A DNA stretch of 62,543 nucleotides, the filler included, from Hausera hauseri (taxonomy: Eukaryota): assembly GCA_046269625.1 (NCBI GenBank). It is 10 parts of 10 records of this genome, joined end to end, with 100 filler letters (N's around TTAATTAATTAA, not from the genome) between each part and the next. Parts side by side here need not be neighbours in the genome. Positions count along the whole stretch, not along the records: positions 29,684 to 37,648 come from JBJURY010845413.1; positions 37,749 to 44,358 come from JBJURY010081880.1; positions 44,459 to 51,464 come from JBJURY010044109.1; 7 more parts are not named here. The stretch is one strand, 5' to 3'. The notes under the pieces are model-generated. The model had not been told where the DNA came from. It saw nothing but the letters and a program-made list of their open reading frames with translations, and did not search any database. Shown here one piece after another: positions 36,186 to 47,150 of the stretch. The position numbers and the translations under genes are program-made. How positions within the stretch are numbered: the stretch's first letter is position 1; every line of letters starts with the position of its first letter.

Positions 36186-36874
36186 TGTTGGAATTTCACT
36201 AGAGATATTTATCTTTTCTCTCTAAAATTTTGAATAGCTTTTTAAAAACAGAGAGCTAAATGATTAGCGAAAAAGACACGAGCGTTAGCTTTTAACTTGG
36301 CAAGTTCTGCCCTAGTTTAACTTTGAATAAATATGTAAAGTGAATTTAATGAACAATTTTGTTGAGAAGAAAAATTATTAAGGGAGTATTTTATAGCTAT
36401 GTTTTCCTTTTATTAAGAAACAGGTGTAGTTTTATAAGCCCCTTTGTTGTGTTTAAAGCTCACTTCATTGACTGGTCCTGATCTTATTTTTGCCATTAGT
36501 TACAGTGAGCTTCTGTAGGTCCCTATTTATTTGACATTGATTGTATTATTTGACCGTTTGACTAAAGCTTAGAGACTATACCTGTCCATTGATTATGAGG
36601 AGATCTGGTTCCCTGTAATACTTTGCAAAATCCTAAAGTGTTCATGTGATATATACAAATATCTAATGACTTTTTCTAAATTCCAACCTTCTTTAGAAAT
36701 ATATCATTTAACTGAGTTTAAATATTGACCACAAGGTAACTAATTTTTTCTTGTATTTATTGTTAGTCTTAATTTTAAATTTAAGTATTAATATTCATTA
36801 AAAATAAGTTGATTCACTAATCAACAATTCAGTTGGGGGTTTATTCAGAATTTACAGAGATTAAATTCCCCACA
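36186..36874 (+). repeat. 3' LTR of the BEL/Pao element (689 bp)
   Basis: Starts TGTTGGAA after the PPT and ends TTCCCCACA; the end matches the 5' LTR remnant. Confidence 0.9.
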
Positions 36875-37862
36875 AATTAAAACACCTCAAATTATTTTAC
36901 TCTTTATTAAAAATTTGTAATTTTTCAATAGATTGGAAATTGTGAGCCAAACATTGACATCAAAACTGAAATAAAAATAGAATAAGAGGCTATTAAGATG
37001 GAGGACTTGAAGAGTGAGGTAATATTTTATTTTTGGCAAAATACTCAAGTAGATGGGGGGCAAGTAAGAATATTTTTATTAAATCATATACTATCCATCC
37101 ATTTATCCGGTAGCATTTCATTAATTATTGGGTATGATCAGCAAAAATGTTTAGCAGTTTCAAGTGTTCCCGCACCAAAAGATCTTGCTTTACATGTTCA
37201 GCTTTCCGACTGTTTTGATAGCAGTCAGCTTTGTGTTAATTCATATTAGTACAAAAATTCATTGTTTGTCATTTTCTCAGATTTTAGGAGTGTAGTTGAA
37301 ACGGTAACCATTACACATCTTTAAAATCTAATAATACCAGTGTTTACTCCATAGGCTACTAGGAGTAAAGATATTCTTTGTCAATTTTTATGGAAATACA
37401 GACAAAGGAAACTTATATCAAGTTTCCCATGAAAATTACACAATTTCTTACTTCTGATAGGACATTATCTTTTATAATTTAGCTATTCTTTCATCCAGAC
37501 TATGAAGCATGCAATGCATTATACACATATGAATAGATCCATTAGCACAACTTCTTAAACCTTATCTTTATCCTTAACAAATTCCAAAATATTTTATCTC
37601 AATTTCAAAATATTACTAGTTTTAGTTCTCCAGTTTTAATTTGGTAATNNNNNNNNNNNNNNNNNNNNNNNNNNNNNNNNNNNNNNNNNNNNTTAATTAA
37701 TTAANNNNNNNNNNNNNNNNNNNNNNNNNNNNNNNNNNNNNNNNNNNNTTAGCAAACTGTTGGAAGAAAGCTAAGCAAGCAATCAAGCAATATAAACAAG
37801 AATATCAAGAATATTATAATAAAAAGGCTAAGCCACATAAATTTCAACCAGGTGATAAGGTA

Positions 37863-39941
37863 ATGGTACATTACCCGGTAGCTAAACCAGGAAAATCATT
37901 GAAATTAACCCGCACAGGTAAAGGACCTTACTTAATAGTAAAGGTCACAGCTGAGAATATCTTCATTGAAAAAGGCACTAGTAAAAAGGCTAGAATTGAA
38001 TGTGTATCAGCCCAACGAGTTACGAAAGGACCAAAAGAACCAAAACCTAAAGAAGAACCTCGATATTCATTGCGATCAACTAAGCAACCAACCTTAAAAC
38101 CATCCTGTAGTTTAGAACAACTATTTCTTATAGTCATGATTTTTGGTCTAATGTTATCAACTACAGCACAAACCTTAATAACAAACCCTATAATCACAAA
38201 TCTAGAATTACGAGTGAAAATTACCTGGCAGAATTCCACAAACACAGTAAAAGGATTATTTGTAGGAGAATCAAAATACAAAGAGATTACACAACTGATC
38301 CTATCACCAGAAGTTAATGACGCAATATGGTTATCAACCAAACGTTGTTCAAACCTCCTATTAAATGAAATTTGTCTTTTAGATCTTTATTTCCTAAACA
38401 CTGAAATGTTGTTGAAACCAAAGCAGAAGATACTGCCTATAGCAAGACAGGTATATGTGGAAAGAATCGGCTCTACCTTTTTCTTTACTCAAGAGAAAGA
38501 CAATGAACCAAAATTAATAGACAAAGTAATGATAAAAAGACCAACCCTCACCAACGACGTTGATTTACAAATAACTTATTACTTCCCTAGACTGTTTAAA
38601 CATAAGTCAGGAGAAAAAGCCCTGAACTTCCATATTAATATGCCATTATTGAAATTCTTTCAAGTATGCCAAACAACGACATTAATTATAGCCACCTTCG
38701 TAACTTCTAGTAATAACCAAATTATCACTAAATTAAACAAAATGCCTGAGATAATCATTAGTCCATCAGATTTATATATTGAATTTAAAACTTTACAACT
38801 AGTAAAAAACCCCATATCCATAACGTGTGTAGGAAAATATCATAATATATACACCGTCATAAAAGAACATGAACGAATAACCAGATGTACTGACCTTCAA
38901 CCCGATGAAGAATACTTGATTGTCTTCACACAAAATTATGCCAAAACACGACATCAAACAATCCGAACTAAAACCAGAACGGAAAAATATTTGATGCATG
39001 AAGAAGTTCCGATTTATACGCAGTTACAACTAGCAACCAAACCTAGTATGCAAACAGATACATTGAGGATTATAGTCCCTTCCATTATAATAATACTCCT
39101 CTTACTATCCATATCTACACCCTTCGTAATAATAGAAATAAAAAGATTTTCCCAAAAACAAGCTATTATGAGTAAAACCCTGTTATTAACAACACATTTA
39201 ATATGTTTGGCGAGTGTGGAGTGGATAATCGACGTTGAGGAAGATAAAAATTTTAAAAATCCTAGAGGATATAATTCAAGTTTCAAATACCTAAAAAAAC
39301 ACACACGTTATAAACTAATACATACATTAAAGAGCAATACCAAGTTTCAACCAATAAAATTACGATACACTAGTGATACAATAACACCAATCAAAAAATA
39401 TAGTAGGGTAACCACCTACCCTAAAGATGGGCCATTAAATAAGACCCACCATAGTAATCATTCTTCTTTCAGCAAAATAAGTTTTCAAAAAGATCAAGAA
39501 CAAAGCAATATGGAGATACAAGATGTCGACTTAGACGCCCGTGACTCAGATTCCGATGCATCAACCGAAACCGTGGTGTATAACCCTAAAAGAAAGGTTA
39601 TACCACCATGTCATAATTCCTTTACATTTCAAAATCCTACTCAAGGATTAGGACTTTCAAGAGGGATATTGGCAAAGCAAACAATTCAGAACTTACCAGT
39701 AACAATGGTAACTCCACCACGAATTCAATCTGTAGTTGAAGTTCGAAAAAAGGGAATAGATATTAATGATCTACCAAGGTATAAACAGACCAAATTACAA
39801 TTACAACTCCAGGAAAACCTCTTAGATAATGAAAAATATCGACTCAAAACTAAGCCATGGATTGATTTATACAATAAATCAATTCTCGTATATGACGCCG
39901 GAAAAATATGTATCCAAGCAAGTTTTATCATAGGCTTATAG
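37863..39941 (+). CDS. Integrase C-terminus read through into signal peptide, ectodomain with FN3-like segment, TM and cytoplasmic tail
   Basis: GPY motif; LFLIVMIFGLMLSTTAQ (signal-like); CTDLQPDEEYLIVF..QTIRT (FN3-like LxPxxEY); IIVPSIIIILLLLSISTPFVII (TM). The frame is open from the contig start. Confidence 0.7.
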   Translation: MVHYPVAKPGKSLKLTRTGKGPYLIVKVTAENIFIEKGTSKKARIECVSAQRVTKGPKEPKPKEEPRYSLRSTKQPTLKPSCSLEQLFLIVMIFGLMLSTTAQTLITNPIITNLELRVKITWQNSTNTVKGLFVGESKYKEITQLILSPEVNDAIWLSTKRCSNLLLNEICLLDLYFLNTEMLLKPKQKILPIARQVYVERIGSTFFFTQEKDNEPKLIDKVMIKRPTLTNDVDLQITYYFPRLFKHKSGEKALNFHINMPLLKFFQVCQTTTLIIATFVTSSNNQIITKLNKMPEIIISPSDLYIEFKTLQLVKNPISITCVGKYHNIYTVIKEHERITRCTDLQPDEEYLIVFTQNYAKTRHQTIRTKTRTEKYLMHEEVPIYTQLQLATKPSMQTDTLRIIVPSIIIILLLLSISTPFVIIEIKRFSQKQAIMSKTLLLTTHLICLASVEWIIDVEEDKNFKNPRGYNSSFKYLKKHTRYKLIHTLKSNTKFQPIKLRYTSDTITPIKKYSRVTTYPKDGPLNKTHHSNHSSFSKISFQKDQEQSNMEIQDVDLDARDSDSDASTETVVYNPKRKVIPPCHNSFTFQNPTQGLGLSRGILAKQTIQNLPVTMVTPPRIQSVVEVRKKGIDINDLPRYKQTKLQLQLQENLLDNEKYRLKTKPWIDLYNKSILVYDAGKICIQASFIIGL

Positions 39942-41533
39942 AACTCACAGAAGATTCGACAGATGTACTATTCCTACAAAGTAAATATCTAGAAAATAGT
40001 TTGAAAACTTCGACCATTAATGAACGATCCTTCCGTATAATAAAAATTGACAATCCATGTTACAATGTCAAATTAGAAGAATTCCTTAAACTACAAGAAC
40101 CTTTTGAAAAAATACTCCTGCACGTAGCGAAAGGAAGAATTCAACTACGAGCACATACGGATACCTATGAAAGTATCAACCCAAAACAATCAGTTTTAGA
40201 TTCTAAATCTACCATGAAAATCAATAATATTGCGTTTAAAACGCCTCTCTATTTCAGAATACTACTAACCCCAGTAGTATTAAGCGTCGAAATATGTCAA
40301 GCATTGGATGAAAACTTAGGATTTCAAGAACCATTATTTCATCAAAGACCACAAGAAGATGTATCAAACTTCCAACTTTCAACAGTTTGTAATTATCGAT
40401 ACCTATCAGTGTCGCTCGCATATGCTCCAAACGGAGACCCGTTACCAGTAGAAGTTATGGTCGCAGACGAAGCAAAATTGCTTATCTATCACGCGTTTCT
40501 CAACCCCAGGAGAAAAATCTCTAACACTAACGAGCATATTCATGGACTATCATTATCCATCATAGAAGAGGCAGAAGATGAAGAACTAGTAAGAAAAGAG
40601 CTCGTTAAATATCTGTATGGGTACATCATTATTAGTGCTAATACAAGCACTATTCTCAAAGCTTTAAGGATACCGCAAACCTTTTTATTCGGAATTATCG
40701 ATTTATTATCTATATCCAATACAAAAAGAAGATTCGAGGAAGAGAAGATAAAATTAAATCTCACGCAATTGCCACGGGTATATGGATTTCAAACGGACTT
40801 CCCTAAAACAGCTGAATCCATAATCCAAGTCATAATGGATATTTACACCAAAATCACTGATTCATGTTCCAACGAACATTGGGAACATAGTTGGATTCCA
40901 CCGTTTCACAATCTAATCGATTATGGGAGCTTCGAAACAATACCACAGAAATATCATATGAATTACAAATACGAAAAAATAGTGGAAAATAACATCACAG
41001 AACCAAGAGTTGAATCTCCAATTAAAAAATTGAAGTTGCAAACCAATGCAATTATGGACAACCTTAACCAGAAGGAGAAAATCGTTTTTACTCAATTGTC
41101 CATTCTAATTTATGGACATATGAATCATATCATCAATGTCAAATTTACAAAAGAGCCAAAAACGACTCTTAATCAATGGAGGCAAATAGTCCCAACCGAG
41201 CTGTTTGGAAAAGTAGTGGGACTAGTTTACAAACACTCTATATATAATACCTTACATCTGGCAATGATCGGGATATATTTTGATATACTAAAAGAAGTAC
41301 AGCACAGTCCTATATTGACTAATCAGCCAATACCGGTACAAATGGATATGGTACCAATACCAAATCCACGAGGAAAAACAATCAAATTACGCAACTCCGG
41401 AAAATCCAACATTAAAATGTTACTATTCGCCAAAAAAGACGAATATACGCTGGAAAATCTCTACCAAATCGCGACAGTGATCCAAACTGAAGAAGAAATG
41501 GACATCCATAAAGACTTTTTTATCCAATTATGA
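39908..41533 (+). CDS. Retroelement accessory ORF (541 aa) with degenerate DEDDh (REX4/ISG20-like) exonuclease domain
   Basis: YLSVSLAY..PVEVMVADEAKLLIYHAFLNPRRKISNTNEHIHGLSLSIIEEAEDEELVRKELVKYLYGYIIISAN..LKALRI..IIDL follows the REX4-like pattern, but the ExoI DxE is absent. Overlaps the upstream ORF by 34 nt. Confidence 0.6.
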   Translation: MYPSKFYHRLIELTEDSTDVLFLQSKYLENSLKTSTINERSFRIIKIDNPCYNVKLEEFLKLQEPFEKILLHVAKGRIQLRAHTDTYESINPKQSVLDSKSTMKINNIAFKTPLYFRILLTPVVLSVEICQALDENLGFQEPLFHQRPQEDVSNFQLSTVCNYRYLSVSLAYAPNGDPLPVEVMVADEAKLLIYHAFLNPRRKISNTNEHIHGLSLSIIEEAEDEELVRKELVKYLYGYIIISANTSTILKALRIPQTFLFGIIDLLSISNTKRRFEEEKIKLNLTQLPRVYGFQTDFPKTAESIIQVIMDIYTKITDSCSNEHWEHSWIPPFHNLIDYGSFETIPQKYHMNYKYEKIVENNITEPRVESPIKKLKLQTNAIMDNLNQKEKIVFTQLSILIYGHMNHIINVKFTKEPKTTLNQWRQIVPTELFGKVVGLVYKHSIYNTLHLAMIGIYFDILKEVQHSPILTNQPIPVQMDMVPIPNPRGKTIKLRNSGKSNIKMLLFAKKDEYTLENLYQIATVIQTEEEMDIHKDFFIQL

Positions 41534-41732
41534 CTCTTTCGCTTTAACTCATGTATTACTGCATAACACTTTTGTCTTAATTTATACTGTTGTATTTCTG
41601 TACCTTATTTTTATTGTGACACTTTATACCTCATAACAATTTGTATTTTCTTTATTTTTCTTGTAACCAGAGAGAATCGATTTCACGTAACTATTTAATT
41701 AAAATTTTTATTACAAAGGAAAATTTTCTTCT

Positions 41733-41760
41733 AAGGGGGGGGAGATGTTGAGATGTTGCG
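41733..41760 (+). promoter_or_regulatory. Polypurine tract and start of 3' LTR (TGTTG at 41746); LTR end not determined
   Basis: AAGGGGGGGGAGA|TGTTGAG, 200 nt after the last stop codon. Confidence 0.8.
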
Positions 41761-42286
41761 AAATGATTTAAAAGAGCAATGCTTAAATTAATTAGTTTAA
41801 ATAGTTTATTAACTTAGATGTTGCGAAATACTAGCAAATAAAGCAGAATTCTATCTGAATGAAGTACACAAATGACTTGCAAGCAATTTTAGAACATTAT
41901 AATGCCTGTTTCAATAAATTTTTATGAACGATTCATCGTACCATGTCATAGTAATTATCATCACGTTGCAGAACCAGTGATAGAACATAGTGCAAATGTA
42001 GATGGTTATGAAACCGTTGAGTGCAGAATGAAATTGTAAATTGAAATTGTAAATTTCATTATCATACAGATAATGCAGCTAATAACTTAAAAATAAGTTA
42101 GTCAATCAAGTTATATGATTTCTAAGTTTTAGTAGCTGATGATTTTCAACTCTTAAATAAGTATTGCTTTAGCTATAACAAATTCATGATTTATACAAAT
42201 ATTTTGAATTATTATTCATTGCTTTCTGTATTAGCAAAATAATTAACTAGCATAAGCGACACTCACAATAACAATAAAAATTCGTG

Positions 42287-42466
42287 TACAGGTTGGCAAG
42301 AACGACATTGCATGTGGACTCAATTCCGCAGTAGCAAAATTGTATTTGAGGCATACATCCATTTCACTCCATGAAACTCAGCTATATGTTCATTTTATAA
42401 TAATGCTTCATCTGCTTAAGTCACTCAATGTGCACGTCCACACGCAATGTCGTTCTGGGTCCGTAT
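42287..42466. mobile_element. Small MITE-like inverted-repeat element
   Basis: agaacgacattgcatgtggac (42299-42319) is the reverse complement of gtccacacgcaatgtcgttct (42436-42456) with one mismatch; TA dinucleotides lie just outside. Confidence 0.55.
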
Positions 42467-43095
42467 AAAAAAAACAAACGCCAGAAGAATGGAAGCAATG
42501 CAAAATACATTTAAACACTTATAGGTGGGAATTGGTTTTATAAATATAGGTACATTTCTGTTAAATTCATACAGAATCAATTTGACTAAAGTTTAACACC
42601 AGTTTGTCTTATTGTTGGAAAAAAAGAAGACAAATCACAAATCGAAATCTGGTTTATTACAAAACTCACTTTCAAACAGTGTCATACTTTCCTAATGGAG
42701 ACTAAATATTCATGATTCATTTTACTGAAAACCTTTCACATAAAATGAGCTTTTAAATTACACATGGTTAGTTTTGTTATTGACAGTTTGCTTCAGCCAG
42801 ATTCCCACAATGGTTACTGTGTTGATTGGCACGACATTTGGACCCAGCCCATGGCTCTGTGTGCATACGAGAACTTTCTAGCAGAGATTACACCGGCAGG
42901 CCAGCAGCTTTCATTTGTACAGTGGTTTGCAAAATTATTTGGCTTTTCTTCTAGGATGGCTCCAGTTATCTCTGATCAACACAAGTTTCATAGTGGTAAA
43001 AATGTGTGTTCAAGATGACTCAGTGTTCACATCATTAAAATAGTTTTTGCTGCAGTCATTTTACATAATTCTCCACCAGGGATGGTTTAACGCAC

Positions 43096-43362
43096 CTTGT
43101 CGTGGCACGGCTTCTCGCACGCCAACATCTGCTTCACGTTGACCCCCAGCGCCCTCTCCACCAGTCGGATGGAGCGAACCAGTTCAGCCAGCTCGGCGGG
43201 CTCCAGTGAAGCTGCGTGGTCACTTCCCTTCCAGGTTTTGTCCAGAGTTACGTGGCGCTCGACGACCTTCGCTCCCAGAGCCACCGCGGCCACCGAGATG
43301 CCGATTCCACACTCGTGGCCAGAGTACCCGATGGGAATGTCTGGAAACTCCTTCTGGTACTC
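43096..43362 (-). CDS. NANS: N-acetylneuraminate-9-phosphate (sialic acid) synthase, single 267-nt internal exon, vertebrate (teleost-like)
   Basis: EYQKEFPDIPIGYSGHECGIGISVAAVALGAKVVERHVTLDKTWKGSDHAASLEPAELAELVRSIRLVERALGVNVKQMLACEKPCHDK, bounded by cag| and |gtgcgt, phase 0/0, GC-rich codons. Very close to vertebrate NANS. Confidence 0.95.
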
Positions 43363-44470
43363 CTGCAGTCAACACGTGGATAAAGAAACAGCCATTCTTT
43401 AAAAGAAGAAACAATAATGTCTGGCTTGATAGAAGCTAAACGAATCAGGAGTCCTCATTCTTCTTCTCTATTAACTCTTTAACAACGTTTTTACCAGTGT
43501 TTCCCTCAGAAGTAGCTCTTATGATGAGCTCAGCAAATACTCAGTTCCAGCAGCTGTTTGCTAATTACTGCTGGCTAGTCTGAAGGAGCAAAGTGGGGGA
43601 AGTTTGGAAACTGTAGCTTCATCTTGTCTTTTCGCTTCAACAGTTTAGTTTCCAAAGTGAAATAAACCAAACAAACTTATTTTACACAGAGAGGCAAATT
43701 AAATAATTTTTCTGACTGTAGCCATCAAATTTTACAACTCAGTGTCTGTTTACTCTGGACTCATTTTTCACCCTCACCTAAACAAAAACACTGAGTCTGA
43801 CTCACTGAAGCAGGAATAAAACATTGTAATGAAATAGGAATCAACATTAAAACCTGTTAACTTCTGATTACTCACACAATGTGATTGTTTAGTCCATGTG
43901 TGTGAAGACACTGAGTCCATTCTGAATTTTTTTACGCATTGTCTACATTGCAGTGAAGTGCTGATGTTTTGCTATATGACAGATGGACTATTGTGGAGCA
44001 AGATAAAAACTGGCCTCAATGACAGCTGGGGCAGATGGCCTGAAGAGGGCAGCGTTTACCTTCCTACCGTGCAACAACTCGCACACAAAAAAGGCTTTCA
44101 TCCATAATTACTTTCAGCAAGGTTTTCTTAATCCTGAAAACTCAGTCTGGAACATTAATGGATTTCATTATTATTAAAAGTAAAAAACAAAAATAGTTTA
44201 TAATTTACAAAGATTAATTCAGCTCTTGCAAATATATAAGATTATATGTGCTTTAGTTCTCTGCAGGTCTTTAGTAATGCAGGTGAACATAGCATGAGCT
44301 AATTACAAAATGTCTGAGCGTTTGTTGGAAAAACTTCAAACTTACATCTGAGCGTGAANNNNNNNNNNNNNNNNNNNNNNNNNNNNNNNNNNNNNNNNNN
44401 NNTTAATTAATTAANNNNNNNNNNNNNNNNNNNNNNNNNNNNNNNNNNNNNNNNNNNNGTATTACTGTAG

Positions 44471-45232
44471 ATAAAGAATAACGGATACGCCCATGAGCTG
44501 AGCTATAGACTTTATTTCCGAGGAAGGATACTAGACGAGACAGAATTATTGATAGAGGTTGGAATTATACCAGGAGAATTAAACCGGTTGGTCGTAACCA
44601 CCACTATCGATGAAACAAAAGAAGAGGCCATAAGGAAGGCTAAGGCAGAACAACAAGTAAGACAAATAATAGGAGTCCGAGATGCAAAAGTATATTTCGA
44701 GTACCTGCAAACAGATGAAGATAATGAGCAATATAATAAAAATTTAGTACCGATCGATGGCAGTGTACCTGCTATAACATAACAAAAGCGTCCTAACGAC
44801 AGAACACGGCAAATGCGGGAGGAGATCGACTATAATGAAGACTTAATCAGAGAATTGAGGCAGATGTCCATATCAACCTTTAATGCGGATAATGAGGAGC
44901 TGAACGAACTTATGAAAAATTTGATACGAATAGTAAACCACTCTAACCTCGGTGGTGATATATTAGACGAGAAGGAGAAGGCCATAGCGAACGCCGCCAA
45001 GGCCATGAAGAACCTCCGGTGTAAATCAACCAAAAGTACTTTAAGCGATGAAATGATAATTGGGAAAATTATGGTCGAATATACCATAAAAGAATTAAGA
45101 AAAGTACTGCTATATCTGGCCATCAAAACTAACTCAAATAGAGGAAATGAATTTAACAAGGCTACTAGCTTGGCAAGGAAGGCTGCCAAGAAGCTACCCC
45201 GAGAAGTGAACTGGTGGATTCTTCTTCGATAA
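44471..45232 (+). pseudogene. Upstream ORF with ubiquitin-like domain and helical region
   Basis: The frame of ORF 44549 extends 5': SYRLYFRGRILDETELLIEVGIIPGELNRLVVT (compare ubiquitin [31 protein letters not shown]); homologous to 14100-14230. Confidence 0.6.
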
Positions 45233-45289
45233 CAATAGATTCGGAGATCTGCTGCAAAATATAACTGGAAATCACAGAGAAGATGAATC

Positions 45290-47150
45290 AAATTGGCTAA
45301 TCAATTTTTTGACCATGATTATGTTAATAAGGCAAATGGGCGCAGTCACGGTATATGATTGTGACAAATTTAGACTTGGCCAAAAATATTCGTTAATGGA
45401 CTTGGAAATGTGCGAAGATGCGAGGCCCCACAGATTAGAAACAAAAGAGAAAAATTATATACTATAACAACAACGTGAACTAGTTATGCTGGATGGAGCA
45501 GAATGTATGTTACGCCAATCTCGCAGTATCTTCCATTCTGGACTGGTACATGGACACTCATCAATAATCAAGCCAACAACACCACTAATTCCGATGAATC
45601 TAGAACGTCAACATTGTAAGCAAGCTAGAGTAACGGGGAAAATAAAATGGGACAGTATGGAACTAGAAATGCAACAAGGGAAAATAATCAGAGTGTATAA
45701 AGTAGCTGCAGGACGGCTGGACATGCACACCGAACATTGTTATGGCGTGGAATATGATACCGGGAAGGGATTGGAGTCAAACGTCGTGGTAGTGAATTTT
45801 TACGAAACCAAAATGCGTATTCAGAAAGTGATGTTTCATAGTGTTACTAAATTTTACACCGAGAACCACAAGTGCCACATTCAGGATGGCACATGCCCTT
45901 TTCGAAGTTCCGTAGTAATTTTGGAACCCACAGCCAAGACCGATTGCAACTTGATCAGAATTAAAGAACTTAAATTCAACGAGACGACAGGAAAACGATA
46001 TATAAGTAGCACAGAAACTAACTCTAAAACAAGAGAATATGTAGCTGAACAGTCTACACCCACTATATTGATTTGTGATACTCATGGATTAAAATTTGTA
46101 AAGAAAGCTATGCTCACCAGATGCGACGTCATAATGTATGCCACCAACTATGAAGTATTTTTCGTAGCCGAAACAGAAATAAACACCAGAACGTTCAAAC
46201 TCGAGACTCAGGACATCCGGATTAAAGAAGAATTGAAAAAAAAAAACAACTCCTTCGACTATAAAGGACAAGCTGGAATAGCTGAGTTGTACCACAAGAT
46301 GATAACAAACGACTGCAAATTGGATTTGGAAATCATGAGAACTAAACAAGCTCTACTATACGCAAATCCGGAGTTGGCATCACCAATAATTTTGATAAAA
46401 AAAGGTGTTTTAGACAAGTAACCGGAGAAGTCTTATTGACGTATGAGTGCGAGAAGAAAGACGTACCGATTAATGCGGAAGAGAAGAGGTGTATACAAGA
46501 GCTTCCAGTGATGTATCAAGACGTACCGGGGCTAGTAACACCAATTACCAGAGTACTATTGGCTAATGCTACTCAACCGACAATTTTAAAAGACTAAAAC
46601 CAGCTTAGGAGAGCCGATGTTCAGACGTAGCGAAACCGATTGGGTAAGTTTACCGAACGGTGGTATTATTGCACCACTTGCCAAACTGACAGGAACAAAT
46701 CTGATAAAAGGAATAACCGATAATAAGTTTCAAGATACAGCCGCAAAAGGTATTTATCTACGAAAAGAAGTAGAGGTGTTCAGACAATTTCTCGCTTTTT
46801 CTCGCCAACGTACACATAAATTAAACAGAGCAATGCATACAATATTACAGGATTCGCGTTACCAAGCAAAATTGGATTCATTACTTGGTGTTGGCTATTA
46901 CAAGAAGGTAAGTACAAAAATATTATACAAAATTTGGGGAAGATTCCTGATATTCGGACAAGCCGCGTCAGGATTTCTAGCGAGATACTTCTTATTTCAA
47001 CTGGTACAAGCTATAATTCAAGAAATTATAAATGGATATGAAATATTCACCTTGACAGGATTTTCGTGCAAAATTTTAACGGCTATTATTACACCTTTCG
47101 GTAAATTCTTAAAGGATTATAAAGAAAGTAAATGGAAAACACATGTGGAA
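45290..47150 (+). pseudogene. env: Chuvirus-like envelope glycoprotein
   Basis: Signal WLINFLTMIMLIRQMGA, then VTVYDC..QKYSLMDLEMC; ECMLRQSRSIFHSG..HSSII; AAG..HCYGVEY; KCHIQDGTC; ELYHKMITNDCKL..NPELA; TGEVLLTYEC..CIQELPV..VTPITRVLL; PMFR..DWV; AAKGIY; IWGRFLIFGQAASGFL..INGYEIFTLTGFSCKILTAII. Confidence 0.85.

Larger units (their letters stand above)
29684..36874 (+). mobile_element. BEL/Pao LTR retrotransposon, nearly complete (5' LTR truncated by contig start)
   Basis: 29684-29751 matches 36808-36874 (3' end of the LTR, a few differences); single intact gag-pol ORF; PPT then TG..CA LTR. Confidence 0.96.
37749..41760 (+). mobile_element. 3' half of a large Ty3/Gypsy element (copy G): integrase C-terminus plus 3.6 kb of accessory coding sequence, PPT, LTR start
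   Basis: YYNKKAKPHKFQPGDKVMVHYPVAKPGKSLKLTRTGKGPY (GPY/F module) is homologous to 50700-50850 and 62230-62350. Confidence 0.88.

Noticed and set aside
43087-43293. Bacterial neuB gene
   Set aside because: Bounded by canonical splice sites and matches vertebrate NANS wording (TLDKTWKGSDH); it is a eukaryotic exon.
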